From positions 21,700,001-21,764,000 of the forward strand of contig CM060731.1 of NCBI GenBank assembly GCA_030704615.1: a stretch of 64,000 bases of DNA. The letters are read 5' to 3'. Source of the stretch: Takakia lepidozioides (Eukaryota; Plantae; Bryophyta). A program made the translations under genes and the position numbers. This document shows, in pieces, positions 24,841 through 37,029 of the stretch. Under the pieces are notes generated by a model that saw only the letters and a list, made by a program, of their open reading frames with translations, did no database searches and was not told the DNA's origin. Every line of letters starts with the position of its first letter. Position 1 is the stretch's first letter.

Positions 24841-27254
24841 ATGGTGCCCAAGTCAAGTCTGTTGTTAGCTGCTTTAAGGGCGCTGTCAAAGCATCGGACC
24901 TCTCCATCTACATCTGTGTGCAGAGGCCACTGCAGCTCACCCTCTTACAGCACGTCTCACTTGTCACTACAGCACCACGGTGCCGATAATTCTGTGGGCC
25001 CCTGTTCTTCTTTCACTGTGCAGTGTACGAAGAACAATACTGGGGAGCTTATGGCCGGTGGTGAGTCTACGGGGAATTTCTGTAGCTAGGAGAGTTCTAA
25101 TTAATACTGGGGGCTGCACCTGGATTGATGTCGACAGGGAGAGCGAGGAGGGAAGAAGGTGTTGGGAGTGTTCTACAAGGCACACCAATATGCAAACAAT
25201 CCTGAGTTTCTTGGATGCGCTGAAAATGCCCTGGGATTGCGAGAGTGGGTGGAATCAATGGGCCATACCTACGTTGTGACCTCAGACAAGGATGGCCCTG
25301 ATTCTGGTAACAATCTTTCGCACTAAAGAATTCCGCGCTCACGCTTATACTCAACTTTGAATTGTAGATTCGAGGACACAAGGGTGCCTCCCTTTCTTAC
25401 CAAGGAATGTGCATGATCGCATGTACGCAGAGTTGGATAAGGAGTTGCCGGATACCAACATCCTCATAACCACGCCATTTCATCCTGCCGATCGCCTCAA
25501 GAAAGGCAAAAAGTTAGAGCTCCTGGTGACGGCGGGTGTGGGCTCAGACCACATCGATCTTAAAACAGCAGCTGCGGCTGGTCTCACAGTGGCCGAGGTC
25601 ACAGGTTTGAATTTCGAATTCTGATCCCATCTGAGCTATGACAGGCCAACTGTTAGTGTCTAGATCTTACATGTTTGGGAGATTGGTTTCCAGCGAAACC
25701 CACTAGGAATGCTCTTACACTGGAGCTGATTGTGGTGATTACACACACCAGGGTAGGATCCACTCAGTCTACAACCGCCTTCATAGCTCTCCCACACAAA
25801 TCTGGTTGCAGGTTTTGATCGAGTGTTATGTGGGTTGGCAAGGTTTGACAGATAATTACCCCTGAACAGAGATGTGGCAGATAGCGCTGCCCAGGGTTAC
25901 ACTGCCAGAAATACCGAGGCAGAATGGAGGCAGTATATAGCCCTTGAGGTAATCTTAGGGCTGGTGAGAGGGAGGGAGCAGAGAGAGGAGACGTTGATCA
26001 ATGCTTTTTACACGCAGTGAATGCATGTGAACCACGTCTTGAACGTTGACTCTGGGAAGACTTTCTCACACAAACCTGCATGGTGGGAGACAGGAAGCAA
26101 TGTGACATCCGTGGCGGAAGATGAGCTGATGCGCATACTAGTTCTAGTGCGAAACTTTCTACCAGGATGGAAGCAAGTGGTGGAAGGGCTCTGGGACGTG
26201 GCAGAAATAGTTCACAGAGCACACGACCTGGGAGGCAAAGTTGTGGGCACTGCAGGCGCAGGCCGAATTGGGAGGGAGCTCATGAAACGTCTCAAGGTAA
26301 TCTGCAACTCTGCACCATCACCATCTCTTTCTGGGATTCTGCAGGATCTTCCCTACATTATCGAGATAGACAAAAGTTGTTGCCAGCGGCGATGGTGATG
26401 ACTGAGTCCAAATGTGCATGTGGCCTGCTGTTCTGCATGCCATACATGCACCCTGGCAGCAAACCCAACGTTAATGGGGCCCATTCAAACAGTTCACACT
26501 CTTCATGTGGAATGCTTAAAATAAAAGTTAGTTCAGAAATAATGCCACAGAGCAAATTTTGACAGCCGCTAGGCTAATGGGTTTGGATAAGGGTACAGCA
26601 TACATGCCTGTGAAAGAGAGTCTAGAAATCTTTGGTGCACAATATGGAGCCATGGGTTCTTGGGCCACAGTGGTGAACATGTGGGTTGAAACAGGGATTC
26701 GATCTCAAGCAAACGCTGTATTATGACCGCCGCTCAATTGGGGAAGAGCTGGAGAAGCAATTAGGTGCTACCAGGGAGACAGACCTCAACACTCTGTTGA
26801 GCAAGTGCGATGTCGTGTCCATAAATCTTCCCCTCACAGATGCAACTCGGTATGTTGTCCACAACCACCTCACAACTGTACTATGTGAATGTGTTGCTGG
26901 TTTTCCACAGTGTCATGTGGAAGTTCTCTAGTGAGTAGTGACAAGAATAGATCGCCTTCTCTGTTTCTTTCTCTCTGATTTCTTGGGCTTGTGACTCGGG
27001 TGGGGACAGTGGCCTTTTTAACAAGGAGCGCATTGCTAAGATGAAGTGGGGGGCCATACTGGTGAACAAATGCACGTGGTGCCATTTGTGACAAAGAGGC
27101 AGTGGTAGAGGCTCTCAAGTCTGGGCAGCTGAGTGGTAATAGCCCCTGCTTCCTCATCAAATGCAGTGTTCCTAGAGTATTGTGCGGTAACTGCAAGAGA
27201 ATGACACATCTAGATAGTTAGAAGCTTGGACGAAGGTTACATATAGGGAGTGCT
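24841..27254 (+). pseudogene. FDH: FDH pseudogene, exons 1-6 only
   Basis: Exons ~24841-24985, 25138-25306, 25431-25604, 26094-26296, 26695-26849, 27010-27135. Exon-1 donor is AT rather than GT and exon 1 is frameshifted; 12-bp deletion (FHPA-DRL); +1 frameshift in NNARG. Homology stops inside intron 6 at about 27254. Confidence 0.9.
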
Positions 27255-30200
27255 GCGCGATAGGTTTACCGCAGATCTTGTGAAAAGAAATCTTTGACAA
27301 GCATTACAGTGAGTAGTGAGTACCATGTGGGATCCATGTAGGGTCCACATTCTGTAAAACCATTAAGACCAATGGCCTAAACAGTGTCCTAGTACATTCC
27401 ATTCTCAAGCGAACATTGCAGAGGCAAAAGCCCACTTGTGCATCATCGCGGAAGCCGCTCAGTGCAGACTGCTGTTACTGGCAGTCATAATGGTGTGGTC
27501 GCAAATGCCGGTTCCAAGCCTTTACTGCTCCTCCCCGTCGTGTGGGGTGACAACGGCCCGGGGACCCCTATCTCCAAGAAGCCACACGATAGGAACGGGC
27601 AGGCTTTGACGCCCCGCGCCATGTCGTCCGAATAAGGCTGTTGGACACAGTCGGACTGTCAGGTCAGGGGACGACCCGGTTCTAGGGGAACACAGGCCAT
27701 GCTAGTTCCATAACTTGGGCTCTTGGACGGGACCTTCAGGTGCCGGCTCTTGGACGATGTAGATGGCAGGTTTTGACACCCGGGTTCCATGGGAACACAC
27801 CATGACACCCATCCGTCGAGCTCCAGCCACGAGTGGTATCCCGTGCTACCTTGCTCCTACTACTTAAGCTCAAGCTATGTTGCAGTCTTACTTACTACCG
27901 CTGTCGAGCTAGATAGAAACTAGCCTTACAAAATTTTACAAAAACTTTTTGTAGAGTCATGATCTCTGAAGAGTCACTAGAGGCTAATCAAAATTGCCCT
28001 CAACTCCTCGCAAGCCGGTCCACGCACGGACGAAACTTCAAACTTCTTTGCTTGCGTGAGAAACAGCCTCGAATTAAACCACTGTGAGGCAAGTGGCTTT
28101 TACAATTCACCACAACATCCGAGTCACAGTCAGGTAAAGAAAGTTGGTCTATACATACATCTTGAATTCTAAGTTTGTTGTCCTCCCAACTTCTCCTCTA
28201 TGATCGTAGTCACCATTTCTACAATCATACATGTGTCCTGGATGATTTCTTGAAGTACTAAGTATTTTCTTAGGAAAGTTCATCTTGTCCAAAACAACTC
28301 CTCCAAAACGACGCGACTGCTAGCAAATCAGCCTAGGTATTCCTTGCAACATAGGCAACGAGAACTGAATTGCAAAGATACACATGGAGAATTATCTGAT
28401 GAGTAAATCGGATTGAACTTTTGACGACAATGTAGATAAGATGTTGCAAATCTATGACGCGAAGTTATCATTTAATCTTGAGAGCTTGCCGAATATGTCC
28501 AAATCAACTTCACGCGACATGTACAACATTAGTGAGAGAAGAGACCTACCGTTGTCTTGGCAAGGTCCTCGCATCCAGTGAAAATCTCATGTCCAGGTGC
28601 CAAAGGCGACAGTGTAAGCCCGGGCTTTGTTAGCTCCACTGGTAGCCAACCTCTTCTTGTCATTCAGATCCTAGAATCCAACAAAGAGATGAACAAACAG
28701 TTGAGGCTCGTTCATAGAATACCACAAGTAACCGCAGTTGACATGACATGGACACTAATAAGCACCATCGTTCGGATGTCTGATCCAAAAGCCAAAGTGA
28801 TGACCTCCACTTCATGTGGCCCGGCTTAAGAGACACAGGGATTGAAATTGTCACAGCCTCACAAATCCAACAATGTACTCAAGATGATGGGTGGCAGTAT
28901 TAACTTGGCCAAATTATTTTCTCCCTCCCATTTTCATGCCGAAGCTAAAGTGTGAAACCCTTCGATACCTACTGAAACAATCAGCAAGGTGCCGATATCA
29001 CTTTATTAGTTACTTTCTCTACGGTTTGTCGTCCATTGTTTGAACAGATATCATGTTTGCACCCTTTCCATGAATCGCACCCTCCCAGATCGGAAAGGAT
29101 AGGCTAAATGGCCCTGTATCTATCTTCTTTACAGGTCCAATCATCCTTCTTCATTATCCCCACATCTGTGAACAAGTTATCAACATCTATGTACAACTAG
29201 ACGGGTCACATGGACTTAATCAGGTATTCAATCAGGTGGTGAAGCATACCATGTACTTCGTGCAACCATAGGCAAGAGGCTAAACCACATCTTTATTAGA
29301 AAAAAATTCACATTTACTATATAATTTTGAAGCATTTATGTCCGAGTTCACTGCAACGTTTGGAGAGAATGATAGAGAGAGAGTTGCAGAGACAAAGATA
29401 CGAAATCTTCGACAAGGAGCACGTCCTGCTTCCGTTTATGCTGCCGAATTTCGACAACTTGCGTGCGACCTCGATTGGAATGAGAAGAGCCTCATTAGTC
29501 AGTTTTAATATGGGCTAAAAGATGATGTAAAAGATTTGTTGCTGACAATGCCAAATGTGAGCACACTGAGTGAAGTCATCACCCAAGTCATTGCATGCGA
29601 TAATCGTTTGTTCGAAAGACGTCAAGAGAAGCGATCTGGATGGTCGACGACGCATCATGTCACTGTTACTACGGCACCAAACACAACAATCCATCAGACA
29701 TCCGGTAGTGATCCTATGCAGATTGATGCTGTCCGATTCAAGCTACTAACGCCACAAGAAAAACAAAGACGGCGCTCGAATGAATTATGCATCTATTGCG
29801 GAGAAGAAAATCATATAGCATTAAATTGCCCCAACAAAAGAAGATTCAAAGCTCGGGGCACAACTCAAGTGTTCGATACAAGGAGGTCCAAAAACGAAGA
29901 TGTCCAGTCACAGTAAGGACCATGCGGCTGGACACCACAAATTCCTTACCGAAAAAAAGTCTTTTTTTACCTCCAGACCCTGCACTTTGCTTCACAATTC
30001 CGGTAAAAATCAGAGTGCAAAATCGAGATATTTCTGTAGAAGCATTTTTGGACTCGGGGGCTTCAGCTTGTTTTATGGACAAAAACTTTGCGAAGCAACA
30101 CAATTTAACGCTCGTAAAGAAGAAACTCTCGGCCCCCGTTGAAATCATCGATGGACGACCATTAGCATCAGAAAATGTGGACCATGAAACTCGACCACTC

Positions 30201-32720
30201 GAAGTGAAGCTTAAAGATCAAGCAACACATATTGTTTTCAACGTCATCCAGTCTCCAACGAATCCTGTGATCCTTGGACTTTCCTGGTTCGTACTTCATT
30301 GTTCTTTGGAGCTAGAGCTTTCATGAGAGCATGTGGCATTCACACTTTATGCGACTCCGATCAAGACCACAATAAGCAAAGATACTTCAACATTATCCGC
30401 TCAATATCAAGATTTCAAAGATGTCCTCGAGAAGAAAAATGCAAACATATTGAGAACATCGACCTTATGACTGTGCAATTGAGTTACAAAAATGAGCCCA
30501 ACCACCATTCGGCCCAATCTATAACTTATCCCAGACGGAGTTGGCTACATTACGTGAATACGTTGATGAAAATTTGTCAAAGCACTTCATCCGACATTCA
30601 AAATCACCTACGGGGGCGTCTATCTTGTTTGTGAAAAAGAATGACGGATCATTACGCATGTGTGTCGACTATCGCGGTCTCAACAAAGTCACAATCAAGA
30701 ATCGTTATCCATTGCCACTGATTTCTGGGCTTCTCGACCAGCTAGGATGAGCGAAGATTTTCACCAAAATTGACTTGAGATGAGCTTATAACCTTATACG
30801 GATAAAAGAAAGAGACGAATGAAAAACAGCTTTTCGAACAAGGTTTGGACATTTTGAATATAGTGTTATGTCTTTCGGTCTTATGGCTCTAGCAATTTTC
30901 CAACATATGATGAATGACATCTTTCGAGAATTTTAGATGACTTTGTGTCATCTATTTGGACGACATTTTGATATTTTCACAGAATGAAGAAGAACATGGC
31001 CGCTATGTACGCCTTGTCCTTAATAAATTAAGAGAAAGATGACTATATGCCAAGTTCGAAAAATGTTTTTTCCATCAATCTAAGGTCGAATTTCTGGGCT
31101 ACATTATTTCCGATAAAGACGTCTTTATGGATCAGGAAAATACAAACCATCATCGAGTGGATTAAACCAACTTCGGTCCGAGATATACAATGTTTTCTGG
31201 GCTTCGCAAATTTCTATAGAATCTTCGTCAATGACTACTCCAAAATTGCTGCACCATTGACATGACTCATATGGAATGACAAATTTGTATGGGACGAGAA
31301 GGCTGACCAGACATTTGAAAGGCTGAAGCAAGCATTTACAACGGCTCCAATACTGGTACATATAGACCCATCTAAACCATTCTTCTTGGAAGCAGATGCA
31401 TCGGACTTTGCACTTGGCGCTATACTCTCTCAATACGGTACAGATGGCCGACTTCACCCTGTTGGTTTTCGTTCTCGCAAATTTTCCGCAACAGAGATCA
31501 ATTATGAAATCCATGACAAAGAACTTCTAGCGATCATCGATGCTTTTGAGGAATGGCGTCATCTACTGGAGGGAGCTAGACATCAGGTCACTGACTACAC
31601 TGATCACAAAAACCTCGAATATTTTATGATTGTTCGTGTTTTGAATCGACGTCAAGCCAGATGGGGTATGTCACTAGCAATGTTTGATTTTGTTATTACT
31701 TATCGCCCCAGACATCTTCAAGGGAAACCCGATGCTCTTTCTCGACGATCGTATCTTGCGTCGAAAAAAAAGGAGGCAGCTTTCGACCAACAGAAATCCA
31801 TCATCTTGAAACCAGCAAATCTCTAAATGAATGTGCTATCCATGTCCATCTATGACGATGCAGAGATCATAAAGGAGATTCAGGAAGCACTGAAGAATGA
31901 CCAATTTGCTACGATACTACGAAGTCAACTAAATTGACCTCGAGACAACCCACATGTTACAAACGTCTTCGAATTCAAAGATGATTTACTTTATTTCAAG
32001 GGACTTCGCTATGTACCTCCAGGACCTACACGACTTCAAATTCTTCAAACATGTCATGATCTTCCGGCTGTAGGACATTTCGGCTTCAACAAAACAATAG
32101 AATTGATATCCAGAGACTATTGGTGGCCGCAGATGTGGAAACTCGTGAAAGAATTTATAAAATCTTGCGACACGTGTGCTAGAGCACGACATCGACCTTA
32201 CGGCCTTCTTCAACCATTATCCATTCCCAATGGTCCATGGTCGTCTGTGTCTATAGACTTTATTACGGACCTTCCAATTTCCAAGACCACCGATTCAATC
32301 ATTTTTATTGTAGATCATTTTACGAAGATGACACATTTCATTCCATGTAATAAGACGATTACCGGCGAGGAAACTGCAAACTCTTCCTCAATAATATTTA
32401 CCGCATTCATGGACTCCCGAAGGACGTCGTATCTGATTGAGGACCACAGTTTATATCAAATTTCTGGAGGGGATTATTTCACATATTGGATACTAAGATC
32501 AATCTCTCTACAGCTAATCATCCACAGACTGATGGTCAAACCGAACGTGTAAATCAGAGGAGCAGTATCTTCGCTGTACGATAAATTATCATCAAGATAA
32601 TTGGACGGACCTTTTGTCATTGGCTGAGTTTGCCTACAACAACACTATACATTCTTCGACCAAACAAACTTCATTTTTCTCCAATTATGGTCATCATCCT
32701 CGAGCAAACCCTTTCCACAT

Positions 32721-32970
32721 TGTCGTGCGCATACATATCGCTACACAACTACATCGCTGTCCAAACCACACCACACATATATGCACAATAAAGTAGTCTA
32801 GCACAATCGCCCCCCTAGCTGGTGGATAGGTCCCTCTACCTCCAGATAGCTACAAGATGTAATAGCCACAGCCGTACTAAGTCCTCTATCACTGTCTTTA
32901 TCGTGCTCAAACTCTATCAACCAAGAGGCCGGGTACAAGAGTAGCCCCATCGTTAGTCGCCGTCTTGCAA
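32721..32970. repeat. Split direct repeat A, copy 1 (250 bp)
   Basis: Matches 33278-33499 except for a 28-bp indel bounded by ctctatca microhomology. Confidence 0.95.
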
Positions 32971-33275
32971 CCAAACCATCACTCTTAGAAATAGAAGTCG
33001 AGCCAGGGGCACCCCAAGCTATGGGGACTCCACCCCACAACAACCTACACTCCCATCATAAGCACACTCAGATCTAAACGCATGAAGGAGCTCGGTCGCG
33101 CAGGCTCAACTCGAGAGAGATGAGCTGCGCGACTGCCGCTCTCGTGAAGATAAGACAGACCAGGTGTCAAACTAAACTTGACACCTGATTTAACACTTGA
33201 CCTAAATCCAAGTGTTAAATACAAATAACTAGTTTTATTCTAGCTGTTTTCACACTGTGCTTATTTAACTTGACA
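32969..33275. repeat. Split direct repeat B, copy 1 (307 bp)
   Basis: Identical by eye to 44416-44722. Confidence 0.95.
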
Positions 33276-33277
33276 GC

Positions 33278-33499
33278 TGTCGTGCGCATACATATCGCTA
33301 CACAACTACATCGCTGTCCAAACCACACCACACATATATGCACAATAAAGTAGTCTAGCACAATCGCCCCCCTAGCTGGTGGATAGGTCCCTCTACCTCC
33401 AGATAGCTACAAGATGTAATAGCCACAGCCGTACTAAGTCCTCTATCAACCAAGAGGCCGGGTACAAGAGTAGCCCCATCGTTAGTCGCCGTCTTGCAA
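33278..33499. repeat. Split direct repeat A, copy 2 (222 bp)
   Basis: Starts TGTCGTGCGC two bases (GC) after B copy 1 ends in TTGACA. Confidence 0.95.
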
Positions 33500-33594
33500 T
33501 CTGTGAACTTGAGCCAAGATCTCGTGTGTTCAAGGTCTCCTAGTAGCTGGGCCTTGCGTTTCTTGTTAGCCTCCCATGGTTGTATCCACTCCCA

Positions 33595-36500
33595 CTATCC
33601 AATGCAATGTGGACATAACCAATCCCCATCCGGAACCATCTCAAGAGGTGGAGTCAAGCATCCCATATGCCAACCTCTAGAGCATCGATCACATACCAGC
33701 ATGGTGGCTGCCCCTTTAGCAGACCCACACAACATGCACCTCAAACCTGCAGATACCACTGCCAGGTTTGGGTCAATCCTGCCATCGACATTCGGAAGGT
33801 GACATGGCGCACAATTACGCACATGGTCCTTCCAAGTGATGCCATCCCGACCCTCCAAGACCAAGACGCCTGAGGGCAAGACCTCTCGAACCCTCAAAAT
33901 AACACGTCCTGCAGTCACATCCAGGGTCGTAGGAGCAGTCTGCTGCAGATAGACATAGTCACCAGGGTTGAATCTCCGAACCCCAGGACGATAGCCCCCA
34001 CCACGTATGGTAGCATACCTCAACGTATCACGGTGTTGTGCAATGGCAAGGTTCTCGAAAGCCATAGGCATGACTCTCTTGAACAACTCTGCACGCTGCT
34101 CACATGCACGTGCCCACACGTCCGGATCGTCAAGGTTAAGAACTGTAGCAGCTTCTCTGCGAATGGATGTAGGCAAATCCGGCTCTCGGCCAAAGAGAAG
34201 AAAGTATGGTGAGAAGGAGGCAAGTGATGCTTGCTTGCTGAACCTGTAGCCCATGGCTAACCAGGGTAACTGAAGGTCCCAATCTCCTAGGTGTCCCTTC
34301 TGCAAGCCATACTTGCGCAAACCCCTCTTTACTGTCTGAACAACTCTCTCTGCCAAGCCATCGGCTTCAGGATGATCCCGAGAAGTGGTGCGGTGGTCTA
34401 TCAAGGCCTTGTCACACAAAGCCTGAAACTCCCCCAAGAACTCTCTCCCTTGGTCCGTGAGTACCTCAGCTGGAGCACCGAATCGGCTAAGCACACAATC
34501 CAGGAATGCATACGCAGCTCCCTCACTAGCCTTATCAGGCAATGGAACCAATTCAATCCACTTGGAGAAGTGCTCCACCATCACCAACACGTACTTGTTG
34601 TGGCGCATGGTCAGTGGCAACGGCCCTGCGAAGTCAAGACTCCACCTGTAGCCCAATCCCATGATCGGAAGAGGGTGCAATTGTGGAGTAGGGGCGTTGA
34701 ATGAAGCACGCACCCTGTCACACACCATGCACCTAGCCACAAATTGTTGCACCTCTGTGTGCATACCACGCCACCAATACTGCCCCTGCAGTAGACTATG
34801 AGTGCGTCGCACCCCAAAATGCCCCAACTCCTCATGGGCATGCCGCACTAACCGTGCCCGCTGTGTTGGGTGAGGCACAATCCTCACTCGACCATCCTCC
34901 CACACTCGGAGCAGGTGTGTCCCCTCCCACCTGAACCTCTTGGCTCGTTGTAGGATCCGATCCCTCTCCTTGGCAGTCATAGTGGCTGTCGTGTCTCCAC
35001 TGCGGAGGTAGTCCAACACAACTGAATCCTCATGTATATCTTTGGCGCCACTCTGCTCATTGCTGGCCTCAGGGTCCTCAGACACTTGATCTACAGTCAT
35101 CCCTGTTGTAGGTCCAACCTGGCCTTCCGCTGCCAAGATACACAGAAATGCAGATGCATGCCATCCGGGCACCATCTCCTCGTCCGTCTCACCATGCCAC
35201 CGAGCTCCAGTGTCATCCTGCTGGCTCGTGCATGGATTGCGACTCAACCCATCTGCATTTCGATTGACCAAACCCGGTCGATGCACCACCTGAAAGTCAT
35301 ACTCTTGAAGGATGAGTGCCCACCGTGCAAGCTTCCCCGTAAGCTTGTCTGACTCCATCAACCACTTGAGTGGTTGGTGATCCGTGACAAGGGTGAAGAG
35401 ATTGCCGTATAGATAGCACCTGAAGTGTGCCACGGCCCACACTGCAGCTAAGCATTCTCCCTCATATGAGCTATACTTAGACTCTGCAGCATTGTTCGAG
35501 CGGCTAGCATAAGCCACTACGAACTCTCTTCCCTCATCATCCACCTGTGTGAGCACCGCTCCAAGCCCCAGCATGCTCCAATCTGTATGCAGCTGAAAAG
35601 GACGCCCCCTGATAGGTCGTCTCAAGATGGGCGCCGAGGTCAACCTCGCCTTGAGCTCTTGAAAAGCTTGTTCTTGCTCATCTTCCCACTGCCACTCCTG
35701 GTCCACCTTGGTCAGCTTGGTTAGAGCCTTTGCAATGGCACTAAATCCCTTAACAAACCGTCTGTAATAGTTTGCTAACCCCATGAAAGCTCGAACTCGG
35801 CTCACATCCGTGGGGCGTGGAACCTGTGCAATGGACTCTACCTTAGTCTGCTGTACCCCCAATCCTCCAGGATATATCATGTGACCCAGATACTCAATCT
35901 GGTTGTGGAAAAACTTGCACTTGCCCGGATGTAACTTCAATCCGTGCGTCCTCAAGCGCTCAAATACCCCCTGAAGGTGTCTCTCATGCTCCTCCACCGT
36001 AGCACTAAAGATGATGATGTCATCTATGTAGCACCGAGCAAACTCCACCCCTGCTAGAATCCTGTCCATGACTCTTTGAAACTCAGCGGGAGCGTTTTTA
36101 AGCCCAAATGGTAAGAACCGCCACTGGTATAGGCAATCCTTCCCGTGCTCATTGATCCCCCAGAATGCCGTCTTTTGCTTATCCGCCTCCTTGATCGGCA
36201 ACTGGTGATATCCGGATCGTAAATCCAACGTGCTAAAGACCTTGGAATGCCCAATGGCATCAAAGATCTCCTCTGGTGTTGGCATGGCATACCTATCGGA
36301 CTTGGTCTGACGATTTACAGGCCGGTAATCACCGCACATACGTCTCTCCGTCCAATTGCCATAGACATCCTTCTTAGCTGGCATCACTGTGGCTGAAGCA
36401 TACTCTCCACCAGAGAGCTCCACCAAACCTGCCTCCCAGAGATCTTGAGTCCTCATCTGAATCAAAGACCTCTCCATGTCACTGTATCTATAGGGTCTCC

Positions 36501-36729
36501 GAAAGATTGGCGTGTCAGTGGCCAACTCAATACGGATCTCTTGACCCTTCAGTGCTCCCAAGTCCTTCAAACTGAAGGCAAAGCAATTCCTGTAAGCCCT
36601 CAGGAACCGCCGTATACGTCGTCTCTCTCCTCCGGTGACAATGGGTCCAATGTCAGGCTCCCAATTGTCCTCCGTAACTGCAACCTTAAGTCCAGTGGGC
36701 TTAGAGGTAGAGGACGCGTCCCGTGGTTG
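33595..36729 (-). CDS. pol: pol: RT, RNase H, DDE integrase and C-terminal PHD finger
   Basis: RMCGDYRPVN, LDLRSGYHQ, LPFGLKNAP, YIDD; LHTDWS, ADGLSR; HHCC, WSLDFAG, LTDQG, GLAER; PHD CMLC..CDRC..WHMGC..WLCPHC (C4HC3). Frame is open upstream to the TAG at 36730-36732. Confidence 0.95.
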   Translation of the reverse strand, partial: QPRDASSTSKPTGLKVAVTEDNWEPDIGPIVTGGERRRIRRFLRAYRNCFAFSLKDLGALKGQEIRIELATDTPIFRRPYRYSDMERSLIQMRTQDLWEAGLVELSGGEYASATVMPAKKDVYGNWTERRMCGDYRPVNRQTKSDRYAMPTPEEIFDAIGHSKVFSTLDLRSGYHQLPIKEADKQKTAFWGINEHGKDCLYQWRFLPFGLKNAPAEFQRVMDRILAGVEFARCYIDDIIIFSATVEEHERHLQGVFERLRTHGLKLHPGKCKFFHNQIEYLGHMIYPGGLGVQQTKVESIAQVPRPTDVSRVRAFMGLANYYRRFVKGFSAIAKALTKLTKVDQEWQWEDEQEQAFQELKARLTSAPILRRPIRGRPFQLHTDWSMLGLGAVLTQVDDEGREFVVAYASRSNNAAESKYSSYEGECLAAVWAVAHFRCYLYGNLFTLVTDHQPLKWLMESDKLTGKLARWALILQEYDFQVVHRPGLVNRNADGLSRNPCTSQQDDTGARWHGETDEEMVPGWHASAFLCILAAEGQVGPTTGMTVDQVSEDPEASNEQSGAKDIHEDSVVLDYLRSGDTTATMTAKERDRILQRAKRFRWEGTHLLRVWEDGRVRIVPHPTQRARLVRHAHEELGHFGVRRTHSLLQGQYWWRGMHTEVQQFVARCMVCDRVRASFNAPTPQLHPLPIMGLGYRWSLDFAGPLPLTMRHNKYVLVMVEHFSKWIELVPLPDKASEGAAYAFLDCVLSRFGAPAEVLTDQGREFLGEFQALCDKALIDHRTTSRDHPEADGLAERVVQTVKRGLRKYGLQKGHLGDWDLQLPWLAMGYRFSKQASLASFSPYFLLFGREPDLPTSIRREAATVLNLDDPDVWARACEQRAELFKRVMPMAFENLAIAQHRDTLRYATIRGGGYRPGVRRFNPGDYVYLQQTAPTTLDVTAGRVILRVREVLPSGVLVLEGRDGITWKDHVRNCAPCHLPNVDGRIDPNLAVVSAGLRCMLCGSAKGAATMLVCDRCSRGWHMGCLTPPLEMVPDGDWLCPHCIG

Positions 36730-37029
36730 CTATGCTGCAACCTCTTGAGCAGTACCCCCTTCCTGCTCAGTCAATGACAAGGCCTCATCCTGCCCCATCA
36801 TCTCATCATTGAGAACCTCCTCATCCCGAGAAGAATCCCCAACCTCATCCATCACAGCTGCCTTCGCTGCCAACTCCCTCTGAACCTCGAGCACCTCCCA
36901 CATGTGCCATGGATGTCTACACCTCGTGGTCCTCACCGGCTCGCCCCCACTCGCTGCCTGTACCGTCTCGGTAGGCAGAGAGACCGTCAAGGGAAGTGCA
37001 CTCCGCACTCTACGTTGCTCAGCCATAGC

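Noticed and set aside
27834-27846. TGGTATCCCGTGC as the PBS of the Tcn1-like element
   Set aside because: Weak match, and the upstream sequence does not resemble the 3' LTR at 45917-46552.
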